From the NCBI GenBank assembly GCA_963766765.1, contig CAVYBR010000006.1, positions 1 to 34,772 of the forward strand: a stretch of 34,772 nt of DNA, written 5' to 3'. The DNA is from an uncultured Actinomycetota bacterium (GTDB lineage Bacteria; Actinomycetota; Actinomycetes; Mycobacteriales; Geodermatophilaceae). The position numbers were made by a program, and so were the translations under genes. The notes below the pieces were generated by a model, which had not been told where the DNA came from, made no database searches, and saw only the letters and a list, made by a program, of their open reading frames with translations. This document shows, piece by piece, positions 18,829 to 29,288 of this stretch. Within the stretch, counting starts at the first letter, position 1. Each line of letters begins with the position of its first letter.

Positions 18829-19821
18829 ATGACGAAGGCAACTGCTGTGAACAATCGGGGTCGTCGGGCAGTTGTGGTCGGGGTTGACGGCTCGGTATCC
18901 GCGCAAGGCGCGCTGGCCTGGGCCGCCGCCGAGGCGATCGTCGAGGCATCGTCCCGCTGCGCATCGTTCACGCCTTCAGTTGGCCGATGATCGGCAACCC
19001 CCTGGGCATGGACCTTCGCCGGAGACATGAACGTCGGCCTGCAGTCCGCGGCCGAGTGGATCCTCACCGAGGCGGAGGCACACGCGCGCGAAGCTGCGCC
19101 CGACATCAAGGTCACCGCTAACCTGTTGGTCGGTCCCGCGGCGCCGACGCTACTGAACGAGGCACAGGATGCCGAACTGGTGGTCGTGGGCAGCCGTGGC
19201 GTCGGCGGCTTCCGCGGCCTGCTGGTGGGGTCGGTGAGCTCTACCGTGGCTGCGCACGCCCCGTGTCCGGTGATCGTCGTTCACCCGCACCGAGACGGTA
19301 CGGCGTTCCCCGCGTCGCCGACCGGCCGGGTCGTGATAGGCGTCGACGGCTCGGAGGTCTCGGCCGCGGCGATCCGTTTCGCCTTCCAGGAAGCGGCACG
19401 CCTCCGCGTCGGAATCACCGCCGTACATGCCGCGATGCCGACCCGTCAGCACCCGTCACTGCGCGTCCCCGCGGACATCGTCGAGCAGGTCGACCGGCAA
19501 CTGTTCGCCGAGGCGATGGAAAGCAAGCGGGTACTCATCCCCGGCATCGACGTAAAGACCAAACTCGTCCACAGCCACCCGGTCCAGGCGCTGCTCGACG
19601 AAGCTGACGGCGCCGAGCTGCTCGTGGTCGGGTCGCACGGGCGCGGTGGCTTCACCGGCATGTTGCTGGGCTCGATCAGCCATGCAGTGTTGCAACACGC
19701 GGCCTGCCCCGTGGCCGTCGTCCGTCCACACCTGACCCCGGCCCTGAAACCCTCATCTGCGGGCCGTCTCCAGCTTGCGATCGCGTCATCGGATCGAGCT
19801 CGCGGATCTGAAGGAGCTGTC
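18829..19821 (+). pseudogene. Tandem universal stress protein (two UspA domains) with frameshifts near the N-terminus and no stop codon before aceE.
   Basis: MTKATAVNNRGRRAVVVGVDGSVSAQGALAWAAAEA is in ORF 18796..18990. The rest of domain 1 and domain 2 (...[34 protein letters not shown]... and ...[35 protein letters not shown]...) is in the 19027.. frame, which continues without a stop into aceE. Confidence 0.55.
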
Positions 19822-22549
19822 ATGACACCGACACCGCAAGGCCTGCCGGAAAGCCTTGGTTTGCACAGCCAACTGCTCGACCTGGACCCGTCGGAGACGC
19901 AGGAGTGGCTGGAGTCGATCGATCAGGTCGTCGATCATGCTGGGCAGAACAGGGCGCGGTACCTGCTGCTCAGCATCCTGCAGCGAGCTCGCGATCGTCG
20001 CGTCGGTGTCGCGAATCTGCGCAGTACCGACTACCTCAACACGATCGCTCCCGATGCCGAGCCGGCCTTTCCCGGCGACGAGCACGTCGAGCGGCGGATC
20101 CGGGCCTACAACCGCTGGAACGCCGCAGTCATGGTCCATCGCGCGCAACGGCCCGGCATCGGCGTCGGCGGGCACATCTCCACCTACGCCTCCGCCGCGG
20201 CGCTGTTCGAGGTCGGCTTCAACCACTTCTTCCGCGGCCACGACGCCCCCGGCGGCGGCGACCAGATCTACTTCCAAGGCCACGCCTCCCCCGGCATCTA
20301 CGCTCGCGCGTTCCTGGAAGGACGACTCACCAGCGACCAACTCGACGGGTTCCGGCAGGAGATCTCCCACGCCGGCAGGCGGCGGGTTGCCGTCGTACCC
20401 GCACCCCGGCTGATGCCGGACTTCTGGGAGTTCCCGACGGTCTCGATGGGCCTCGGCCCGCTCAACGCGATCTACCAGGCCCGCTTCAACCGGTACCTGC
20501 ACAACCGCGGCCTCAAGGACACCAGCCAGCAGCGTGTGTGGGCATTCCTCGGCGACGGCGAGATGGACGAGCCGGAGTCCCTCGGCGCGATCGGAGTGGC
20601 GGCCCGCGAAGAGCTCGACAACCTGACCTTCGTCGTCAACTGCAACCTGCAGCGCCTCGACGGCCCGGTCCGCGGCAACGGCAAAATCATCCAGGAACTC
20701 GAGTCGTACTTCCGCGGCGCCGGCTGGAACGTCATCAAGGTGATCTGGGGCCGCGAATGGGATCCGCTGCTGGCCGCCGACACCGACGGCGCGCTGCTCA
20801 ACCTGATGAACACCACACCCGACGGCGACTTCCAGACCTACAAGGCCGAGTCCGGCGCGTTCGTGCGCGAGCACTTCTTCGGCCGCGACCCGCGCACCGC
20901 GGCCATGGTCGAGGGTCTGTCCGACAACGAGATCTGGAACCTCAAACGCGGTGGTCACGACTATCGCAAGCTGTACGCCGCGTACCGGGCGGCCACCGAG
21001 CACACCGGACAGCCGACGGTGATCCTGGCCAAGACCATCAAGGGATGGACCCTGGGCTCCCACTTCGAGGGCCGCAACTCGACCCACCAGATGAAGAAGC
21101 TCACCCTCGACGATCTCAAGGGCTTCCGGGACCGGCTGTTCCTCGATATCCCCGACTCGGCGCTCGACGCGGTCAAGCCGCCGTACTACCGGCCGCCGGA
21201 GGACTCGCCGGAACTGGACTACCTGCACGAGCGGCGCCGCGCGCTCGGCGGCTATCTGCCCGCCCGCAGAGTCACCAGCAAACCGCTCACGCTGCCGGGC
21301 GGGGCGGCGTACGCGGTCGCACGGCGGGGCTCCGGCCGGCAGGAGGTCGCCACCACGATGGCGTTCGTCCGGCTGCTCAAGGACCTCATGAAAGACCCGC
21401 AGATCGGGCACCGATTCGTGCCGATCATCCCCGACGAGGCCCGCACCTTCGGCCTGGACTCCCTCTTCCCGTCCAAGAAGATCTACTCCCCGCACGGACA
21501 GCACTACCTGTCGGTGGACCGCGAGCAGATGCTGAGCTATCAGGAAGACGTCCGAGGTGTCCTCCTGCACGAGGGCATCACCGAGGCCGGCTCCGCCGCG
21601 TCCTGGACAGCCGCGGGTACGTCGTACGCCACCCACGGCGAGCCGATGATCCCGCTGTACATCTTCTACTCGATGTTCGGGTTCCAGCGCACCGGCGACC
21701 AACTCTGGGCGGCCGCGGACCAGATGACCAGAGGGTTCCTGCTCGGCGCCACCGCCGGCCGAACCACCCTGAACGGTGAAGGCCTGCAACACCAGGACGG
21801 CCATTCGTTGCTGCTGGCATCGACCAACCCAGCCTGCATCGCCTACGACGCCGCCTATGCGTTCGAGCTCGGCCACATCACCGCCGACGCCCTCCGGCGC
21901 ATGTACGGCGAACCACGACCAGGCGAAGACCAGAACGTCTTCTACTACCTCACCCTCTACAACGAACCGATCACGCAGCCGGCCGAACCCGATCACGTCG
22001 ACATCGACGGCATTCTCGCCGGGATGCATCGCTACTCCCCCGCCCCCGATGGCGACGGCCCGAAGGCGCAAATCCTTGCCTCCGGCATCGCGATGCCCTG
22101 GGCGCTGGAGGCGCAACACCTCCTGCACACCGACTGGGGCGTCCAGGCCGACGTGTGGTCGGTGACGTCCTGGACCCAACTACGCCGCGACGCCCTCGCC
22201 GCTGAGGAGTGGAACCAGTCCCACCCCGACCAGCCTCCCCGCGTTCCCTACGTCACCCGGCGGCTTGCCGGACACCGCCGGACCCGTCCTCGCAGTCTCG
22301 GACTGGATGCGCGCCGTACCCGACCAGATCGCTCCGTTCGTCCGCAGGCCCTGGACGTCCCTGGGCACCGACGGATTCGGCCACTCCGACACCCGCGCCG
22401 CGCTGCGCCGCCACTTCGGAATCGACGCGCAATCAATCGTCGTGCGGACCCTGCAGCAACTGGCCGATTCCGGCGAACTGGACGAGTCGGTGCCGCTGTC
22501 GGCCAGAACGACGTACCTAGTGCCTCTCCAAGAAACGTTGGGGTTGTAA
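19822..22549 (+). CDS. aceE: Pyruvate dehydrogenase E1 component (homodimeric AceE type). There is one frameshift near 22272, and the last codons and the stop are supplied by the IS630 terminal repeat.
   Basis: ATG with GAAGGAG upstream. About 810 aa of continuous AceE-like sequence ([37 protein letters not shown]... through ...[25 protein letters not shown]...PYVT). The C-terminus continues in frame +1 (ORF 22265..22549: ...[54 protein letters not shown]...). Confidence 0.85.
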
Positions 22550-23697
22550 CCGTGTCGGGTTGACCGGTCTGGTGGTGTGTCTGAAGGCTGGCTGTCGGAG
22601 GTGGTGATGGCTCGACAGCCTGAGGTGTTCGTGCGCTCGCTGGAACCGGACGAGGCGCAGCGGTTGGTGAAGATCACGCGGACCACGAGGGATCGGGTCC
22701 GGTTGCGGCGGGCCGGGATCGTGCTGGCGTCGGTTCAGGGCCGCAGCGCCGTTGAGGCGGCGGCGATGTATGCGATGAAGCCGCAGTACGCGCGGGAGGT
22801 GATCCACGCGTTCAACGAACAGGGGTTCGCGGCGCTGGACCCAAAATGGAGCGGGGGCCGACCGAAGAGGTTCGGCCCCCCGGTTCGTGAAACCGTCTGC
22901 CGGGTCGCCAAGACCCCGCCTCAGCGGTTGGGCCGGCCGTTCACGACGTGGAGCCTGTCGAAGCTGGTCGAGTACCTGGCCGAGCACAAGAGCATCGCTA
23001 TCAGCACCGAGTCGGTGCGCCAGATCCTGCGCGCGGCGGGGATCAGGTGGCAGGCGACCAAGACCTGGAAGGGCAGCCGGGACCCCGACTTCACCGCCAA
23101 GATGGCCCGGGTTCTCGAGCTGTACGACCATCCACCAGCCGACGGGCGAGTGGTCTGCGTCGACGAGTTCGGTCCGTTGAACCTGCAGCCCCGGCCGGGC
23201 AGGGGCTGGTTTCCCACCGCTCGTCCGGACCGGTTGCGGGCCACGTTCAACCGCACCGGCGGAGTCCGGCAGATGTTCGCCGCACTCGACCTGGCCACCG
23301 GCCAGATGTTCTACCGGTTCCGCGACCGCAAACGCTGGCTGGAGTTCCTCGGGTTCCTCAAGCAACTCCGGACCCGATTCCCCAGCGGGAAACTGCACGT
23401 GATCTGCGACAACTTCTCACCCCACAAGAAGGCCGAGGTCGTCGACTGGTGCCGCGCCAATGATGTGGAACTGGTGTTCACCCCGAGCAACGCGTCGTGG
23501 TTGAACTGGATCGAGTGCGAGTTCACCGCCCTGCGCTACTTCACCCTCGACGGCAGCGACTACCCCAGCCACACCGCCCAAGAAACAGCCATCGCCGGCT
23601 ACGTCCGCTGGCACAACAAACACGCCCAACCCAAACGACACTTCGCCGTCGACTCCAAGATCCGCCGCCCCGATTACCTACCCAACGTTGCTTGACG
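22530..23697 (+). mobile_element. IS630-family insertion sequence with short terminal inverted repeats containing AACGTTGGG.
   Basis: Left end ...AAACGTTGGGGTTG (22533-22546) and right end CCCAACGTTGC (23681-23691) are inverted complements. A single intact transposase ORF lies between them. It is inserted directly at the aceE 3' end. Confidence 0.65.
22607..23695 (+). CDS. IS630-family DDE transposase. The start is at MARQPEV; an alternative upstream start is at 22577.
   Basis: Intact ORF with an N-terminal HTH (..LRRAGIVLASVQGRSAVEAAAMYAMKPQYAREVIHAFNEQGFAAL..). The DDE_3 core has VVCVDEFGP..., HVICDNFSPHKK...VELVFTPSNASWLNWIECEF. Confidence 0.8.
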   Translation: MARQPEVFVRSLEPDEAQRLVKITRTTRDRVRLRRAGIVLASVQGRSAVEAAAMYAMKPQYAREVIHAFNEQGFAALDPKWSGGRPKRFGPPVRETVCRVAKTPPQRLGRPFTTWSLSKLVEYLAEHKSIAISTESVRQILRAAGIRWQATKTWKGSRDPDFTAKMARVLELYDHPPADGRVVCVDEFGPLNLQPRPGRGWFPTARPDRLRATFNRTGGVRQMFAALDLATGQMFYRFRDRKRWLEFLGFLKQLRTRFPSGKLHVICDNFSPHKKAEVVDWCRANDVELVFTPSNASWLNWIECEFTALRYFTLDGSDYPSHTAQETAIAGYVRWHNKHAQPKRHFAVDSKIRRPDYLPNVA

Positions 23698-23807
23698 AGG
23701 CACTAGCTGGACGGGAAGGTTCGGACCCGATGTCCCGGCAATGAGACCCGAAATTGACGCCGCGACCCGACAGGCAGGGCCGCGTTCAAAGGGAAACTAT
23801 GCGAGTG

Positions 23808-24741
23808 TTCGTAGCCGGTGCAACCGGAGTCATCGGTCGCCGGCTGCTGCCACTACTCACCTCCCAAGGCCATCAGGTGATCGGGACTGGCTCGCTCGTA
23901 CGGCGCCGCCGTCGAGGTCGAGGTGCTGGGAGCCGTGGCCGCCGAGGCCGATGCGCTGGACTCCGGCGCGCTGATCCGCGTCGTCGAGGATGCTGCACCC
24001 GACGCGATCATTCACCTGCTCACCGCGATCCCGGCCAAGATCAACCCGCGGCGGATAGACCGCGACTTCGCGTAGACCAACCGGCTTCGCACCGAAGGCA
24101 CCCGCAACCTGCTGTACGCCGCCGAACAGGCCGGCGTCAAGCGCATCATCACTGAGGGTCTGGCCTGCATCTACGAACCGAACAGGTGGATCCCGGCCAC
24201 CGAGGTCACGCCGTTATGGCGGGACCCACCCCGACAGTTCGCCCGGGTCTTCGCCGCCTTGAGGTCGCTTGAAGAGCGCACCAGGCAGGCAGACGGGCTG
24301 GTACTGCGTCTCGGACAACTCTACGGCCACGGCACGATCTACGGCAGACACGGATCATTCGTCCGTCAGGTACAGGCCGCGAAGATGCCGCTCATCGGCT
24401 CCGGTGACGGCACCTTCTCCTTCACCCACGTCGGCGACGCCGCCTCGGCCATCGCCGCGGCGCTGCACAGCCACGTCCGCGGCGGGCTCAACATCGTCGA
24501 CGACGAGCCGGCGCGGTCGAGAGTGGCGCCCATCCTGGCCGAACTGCTAGATGCTCCCCCGCCGAAGCACCTACCCGTGGCCCTTGCCAGGTTAACCGCC
24601 GGCGCCTGGGGAGTCGCCTTCATGACCCAACTGCGCGGCGCCGACAACACCCTCGCCCGGCGCACCCTCGATTGGGCCCCGCACTACAGCTCATGGCGAC
24701 ACGGATTCGCCGCGGAACTGACCCACGCCGCGCATCCCTGA
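23808..24741 (+). pseudogene. NAD(P)-dependent epimerase/dehydratase (extended SDR, NmrA-like) gene with a frameshift after the Rossmann motif and an in-frame TAG stop near 24072.
   Basis: MRVFVAGATGVIGRRLLPLLTSQGHQVIGT (GxxGxxG motif) is followed by out-of-frame junk. The remaining family blocks (...DAIIHLLTAIPAKINPRRIDRDFA(TAG)TNRLRTEGTRNLLYAAEQAGVKRIITEG... and ORF 24259..24741) are in other frames. Confidence 0.6.
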
Positions 24742-24806
24742 TCCCAACGGCGGCAACCGCGAAGCACACGTTCAACGCGTCCCTCGTCGACCCCTGAGGA
24801 ACGCCG

Positions 24807-24832
24807 GGAAACGTTGGCTCGACCAACGTTCC
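24807..24832. repeat. Small imperfect palindrome GGAAACGTTGG-CTCGA-CCAACGTTCC that shares the AACGTTGG core of the IS630 terminal repeats. Possibly a solo or MITE-like TIR pair.
   Basis: Read directly from the sequence. The core is identical to the IS630 TIR at 22535-22542 and 23683-23690. Confidence 0.35.
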
Positions 24833-24959
24833 GATGATCCCGGGCGTTGCCGAACATCGGCAACCAGACAGGCTCCAAGTCAGCCGACCAGGGGCGGTGC
24901 CAGATCCGCGGCCGTCGGACAAGCATGGAAGTACATCGACGCTCTAGAAGGAGCAGATT

Positions 24960-25340
24960 ATGAGCACTGAGGGGCGCACCGCCCGCACACCAAGCCGGGA
25001 GACACTGTCCGACCCGGCCTACCAGGCCTTCCTGGTCCTGCGAACCGTCTTCACGGTGGCCCCGATCGTGTTCGGCCTGGACAAGTTCGCCAACCTGCTC
25101 ACCGACTGGCCCGCCTACCTGGCCCCCTGGATCAACGACATCGTCCCCGGCTCCGGACAAGACGCCATGTACATCATCGGCGTCATCGAGATCGTCGCCG
25201 GCATCGCCGTCGCCCTGATCCCCCGCTACGGCGCACTCCTCGTCGCGGCCTGGCTCGCAGGCATCATCATCAACCTGCTCACACTCTCCGGCTTCTACGA
25301 CGTCGCCCTGCGCGACTTCGGCCTCCTCTCGTCGCCGCCC
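24960..25340 (+). CDS. Small polytopic membrane protein upstream of the SPFH gene. The ORF lacks its own stop and reads on into low-complexity sequence.
   Basis: N-terminal about 125 aa (…FLVLRTVFTVAPIVFGLDKFANLLTDWPAYLAPW...IIGVIEIVAGIAVALIPRYGALLVAAWLAGIIINLLTL...) is strongly hydrophobic and protein-like. The downstream part of the 509-aa ORF before the SPFH region is Pro/Arg-rich junk. Confidence 0.4.
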
Positions 25341-25449
25341 GCCTCGCCACCAAATGCGCCCGCCTACAGCCCTACCAACGACTACGCCCCTCGCACGCCA
25401 GCAGCTCCGGTTGACCGAGAACCGCAGGCGACGTCCGAACGGAGAAGAA

Positions 25450-26489
25450 ATGATCATCCTTTACCTACTACTCACTGCGATGGTCGTCGGCCTGATCGGG
25501 TCGGCGATGTGCGTCCGCGTCGTCAAGCAGTTCGAGCGCGGCGTCGTGTTCCGGTTCGGCCGGGTGCGCCCGCGATCCGGCCGCCTGGCCTCGCCTTGCT
25601 GGTACCGATCGCCGACCGGCTGCAGAAGGTCAACATGCAGATCATCACGATGCCGGTCCCGGCACAGGACGGCATCACCCGCGACAACGTGACCGTCCGC
25701 GTCGACGCAGTCGTCTACTTCAACGTGATCGACCCGGTCCGCGCGGCCGTCGACGTCGAGGACTACATCTCGGCCATCGGCCAGGTCGCGCAGACATCTC
25801 TGCGCTCGATCATCGGCAAGAGCGACCTGGACGACCTGCTGTCCAACCGGGAACGCCTCAACCAGGGCATGGAGCTGATGATCGACAGCCCGGCACTGGA
25901 CTGGGGCGTCCACATCGAACGGGTCGAGATCAAGGACGTCGCCCTGCCGGAGACGATGAAGCGGTCCATGTCGCGCCAGGCCGAGGCCGAACGGGAACGC
26001 CGGGCCCGCGTCATCACCGCGGACGGCGAACTCCAGGCCTCGGAGAAGCTGGGCCAGGCCGCCGAGGTGATGACCAAGCACCCGGCCGCCCTGCAATTGC
26101 GCCTGCTCCAGACCGTCGTCGAGGTCGCCGCCGAGAAGAACTCCACACTGGTGCTGCCTTTCCCGGTCGAACTGCTCCGGTTTCTAGAGCGATCGACACC
26201 GGCCGAGAGCCCTCGGCCGGCCACTGCTGACTCGGTGCCCGATGCGGCACCGGCCGCGAAGAACGGCGACGCCGTGTCCGATCGGTCGGCGGGCCGTGAG
26301 ATCGCGCCGTCCCAATCGGACCCGGGCGCCGTCTCCTTACACCGATCGCACTCCCCGCAAATGGTGACGGCCCCCGCACCAGCTCTGCCGGGCCCGGTCG
26401 CGACGGTGCCTCCCGCAACGATCGACGCGGGACACACCCGGTGGGGCGGGCTTCACTCCGGGTGCGCCGATCCGGCGTGGCAGCCGTGA
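25450..26489 (+). pseudogene. SPFH/Band-7 (stomatin-like, slipin) protein with a long disordered C-terminal tail. There is one frameshift near 25575.
   Basis: ATG at 25450 (GGAGAAGAAATG). The N-terminal TM plus VRVVKQFERGVVFRFGRVRP is in ORF 25354..25692. The rest of the SPFH domain (...LLVPIADRLQKVNMQIITMPVPAQDGITRDNVTVRVDAVVYFNVIDPVRAAVDVEDYISAIGQVAQTSLRSIIGK...) is in the 24960..26489 frame. Confidence 0.6.
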
Positions 26490-26559
26490 GTCGTGGCATC
26501 AAGGCCGGTTTGGCCGTGCACGCATGTGCCAGTGAATTGAGGAAGGAAGGAAGTGCGAC

Positions 26560-27639
26560 ATGGCAACCGTCTCGTTCAAGGGAGCCACCCGGATCTACCC
26601 CGGTTCCGACACCCCCGCCGTCGACGGGCTGGATCTGGACATCGCCGACGGCGAATTCGTGGTCCTCGTCGGCCCGTCGGGGTGCGGCAAATCCACCTCG
26701 CTGCGGATGCTCGCCGGGCTCGAAGAGGTCAACGAGGGCAAGATCTACATCGGCGACCGCGATGTCACCGACTTTCCGCCGAAGGCGCGTGACATCGCGA
26801 TGGTGTTCCAGAACTACGCGCTCTACCCACACATGACGGTCGCCGACAACATGGGCTTTGCCCTCAAGATGCAGAGCCTGCCCAAGGACGAACGAGTCAA
26901 GCGCGTCACCGAGGCGGCCAAGCTGCTCGGCATCGAGGAGTACCTCGACCGCAAGCCGAAGGCACTGTCCGGTGGTCAACGCCAGCGCGTCGCGATGGGC
27001 CGCGCCATCGTCCGTAACCCGCAGGTCTTCCTGATGGACGAGCCGCTGTCCAACCTCGACGCCAAGCTCCGGGTCCAGACCCGCACGCAGATCGCCGAAC
27101 TGCAGCACCGGCTGGACGTCACCACCGTCTACGTCACCCACGACCAGATCGAGGCGATGACGATGGGCGATCGCGTCGCCGTTCTGAAGGACGGCCGGCT
27201 GCAGCAGGTCGACACGCCACTGGGCCTCTACGACCGGCCGAAGAACGTGTTCGTCGCAGGCTTCATGGGATCGCCGGCGATGAACCTCATCGAGGCCCGA
27301 ATCACCGACGGCGGCGCGAAGATCGGCGACTACGTCGTCCCGATCGAGCGCAGCCTGCTGGCCAAGGCCGACAACGACCAGACGCTGATACTGGGAATCC
27401 GGCCGGAGGCCTTCCACCTCGCGGACGAAGGGCTGCCCGTGAAGGTCGGGGTGATCGAGGAACTCGGCTCGGACGCGTTCCTCTACGGCACCGCGGCCCA
27501 CTCCACCCTCAACCAGCACATCATCGCGCGCATCGGCACCCGGCTGAACAGCGAGACGGGCGCCATCGTGCATCTCGCTGCGCAGCCCGACAAGCTGCAC
27601 CTCTTCTCGGCCTCGACCGGGCTGCGCCTCACGGCCTGA
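26560..27639 (+). CDS. msiK: Sugar ABC transporter ATP-binding protein (MalK/UgpC/MsiK type) with a C-terminal TOBE regulatory domain. Intact.
   Basis: 359-aa ORF with RBS GGAAGGAAGGAAG. It has Walker A GPSGCGKST, the signature LSGGQRQRVAMGRAI, Walker B VFLMDEPLSNLD and the H-loop VTHDQ. The gene symbol is my best guess from similarity to the actinomycete multiple-sugar-import ATPase. Confidence 0.85.
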   Translation: MATVSFKGATRIYPGSDTPAVDGLDLDIADGEFVVLVGPSGCGKSTSLRMLAGLEEVNEGKIYIGDRDVTDFPPKARDIAMVFQNYALYPHMTVADNMGFALKMQSLPKDERVKRVTEAAKLLGIEEYLDRKPKALSGGQRQRVAMGRAIVRNPQVFLMDEPLSNLDAKLRVQTRTQIAELQHRLDVTTVYVTHDQIEAMTMGDRVAVLKDGRLQQVDTPLGLYDRPKNVFVAGFMGSPAMNLIEARITDGGAKIGDYVVPIERSLLAKADNDQTLILGIRPEAFHLADEGLPVKVGVIEELGSDAFLYGTAAHSTLNQHIIARIGTRLNSETGAIVHLAAQPDKLHLFSASTGLRLTA

Positions 27640-28075
27640 GGCTTTCGTAGGCCTGGCCTTCGTGTTCCTGTCGTCCGTTCGCAGTCCGTTTCAGCCCCCA
27701 GAACCGACGCCAGACCAGCTCAGGTTCAGGTGGCAGCCTGCGGGCATCGACAGTTCGGGCGATCGTCTCTTCATGCTGGGCAGTCGCGAGGGCGATCGAG
27801 GCGTGCCGCGCGAGGATGTGCGCGACCGCTTCGTCATCCTCGCTGAACGCGCTGGGTTTGGGCTGCAGATCCGGGGAACGCCCGACGGTATCCTCCGCGG
27901 TGCTCAGTGGGACCTTCAGCACGCTGCGCAGGCCCGAGCGCCCGGGGATGGACTCAGGCGAGTGGTTCGCGGTCGGTCTTTGTAACGGAGGGTGCGGGTC
28001 AGCCGATAGAGCCAGCGTCGAGGCGGGATGGCGCCCACGGGCCAAGAGCTGGGGGGCATCGGGCCAGGGTGTCAT
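27629..28075 (-). CDS. Hypothetical protein. A weak GAF/ANTAR-like C-terminal helix is possible. Low confidence.
   Basis: 148-aa ORF overlapping the msiK stop by 11 nt. Composition is only moderately protein-like. Confidence 0.2.
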   Translation of the reverse strand: MTPWPDAPQLLARGRHPASTLALSADPHPPLQRPTANHSPESIPGRSGLRSVLKVPLSTAEDTVGRSPDLQPKPSAFSEDDEAVAHILARHASIALATAQHEETIARTVDARRLPPEPELVWRRFWGLKRTANGRQEHEGQAYESLRP

Positions 28076-28253
28076 CCCGCCTCCGTGATGGGTGCTCGGC
28101 GTTGAGCAGAGTCGCTATCGCGAGGCGGCCTCACCCACGTGCTCGGACAGCCGCTCCTCCAGCGTGCGGATCTGCAGGCAAACCTCCACGGCCCGCCCCA
28201 TGAAGCTGACGCGGACTCCTTTTGGAGGTCATCCGCCGCGGTCTTGTTGGGCG

Positions 28254-29288
28254 TCAGTCGCGGGGTCTGTCTTCGAGCTGTTCGCCGTGAGATTCGCAGG
28301 CGTGGCGCTCGGCCCGCGCGGCGAGGAGCTTGACGCCGGCCAGCGAGGCGATGACGGTGACGATCAGTACGCCGGCGATCACGCTCAAGGAGACGCCTGT
28401 GCTGATTTCGGCGACATGGAGGGGCTGCGCATCGTTGAGGAACGGGAGGTTGTTCTCGTGCAAGCGCGTGCAGGATGAGCTTGACTCCGATGAATCCGAG
28501 GATGGCTGCGAGGCCGTAGGACAGGTAGATGAGGCGGTCCAGTAGTCCGTCGATGAGGAAGTACAGCTGCCGCAGCCCCAGCAGGGAGAACGCGGTGGCG
28601 GTGAACACGATGAAGACGCTCTGGGTGAGGCCGAAGATCGCCGGGATGGAGTCCAGCGCGAACAGGACGTCGGTGCCGCCGATGGCCACCATGACCAGCA
28701 GCATCGGAGTCATCACCCGGCGGCCCTGGACGATGGTGAACAGCCTGTCGCGGTCGTAGGTTTCAGAGGTCCGCAGGAACCGCTTGGCGAGGCGGACGAT
28801 GACGTTGTTCGCCGATCGGCCGTTCGTCGTCCCGGGTTTGAGCATTTGGCCGGCGGTGACGAGCAGGATCAGTCCGAAGATGTAGAACACGAAGGCATAG
28901 GAGTTGACGAGCGCGGCGCCGAGGAAGATGAAAGCGGTGCGCGCGAGGAGAGAGAAGACGATGCCGAACAGCAGCGCCTTCTGCTGGTCGGCGCGCGGCA
29001 CTTTGAAGCTGGCCATGATGATGAGGAACACGAAGAGGTTGTCGACCGACAAGCGCCTTCTCCGTGAGGTAGCTCGGCGAAGTATTCGCTGCCCATTGCC
29101 GCGCCGCCCAGGAGCCAGACGCCGACGCCGAACAGGACGGCGATGCCCACGTAGATGGCTGACCAGATTGCTGCCTCGCGGAGCGTCGGGGTGTGTGCGG
29201 TGCGTACATGGAAGAAGAAGTCGAAGAGCAGCAGGGCAAGGATCCCGAGGATCGTCAGAGCCCAGACAAGTGGGGGAACATCCATCAA
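28254..29288 (-). pseudogene. TerC-family integral membrane protein gene with at least 3 frameshifts.
   Basis: TerC blocks occur in order across frames. They are MMDVPPLVWALTILGILALLLFDFFFHVRTAHTPTLREAAIWSAIYVGIAVLFGVGVWLLGG...EYFA, then YLTEKAL, then ...VDNLFVFLIIMASFKVPRADQQKALLFGIVFSLLARTAFIFLGAALV...DVLFALDSIPAIFGLTQSVFIVFTATAFSLLGLRQLYFLI...LSYGLAAILGFIGVKLILHAL, then HENNLPFLNDAQPLHVAEISTGVSLSVIAGVLIVTVIASL (ORF 28254..28463). Confidence 0.65.

Noticed and set aside
19786-22179. 797-aa minus-strand ORF and 624-aa plus-strand ORF (19905..21779), both inside aceE.
   Set aside because: These are antisense or alternate-frame ORFs typical of high-GC DNA. They have Arg/Gly/Pro-rich junk composition, while the aceE frame carries clear conserved blocks.
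26014-27600. 528-aa minus-strand ORF opposite msiK.
   Set aside because: It is antisense to a clearly conserved ABC ATPase gene and has Arg/Pro/Gly-rich low-complexity composition.
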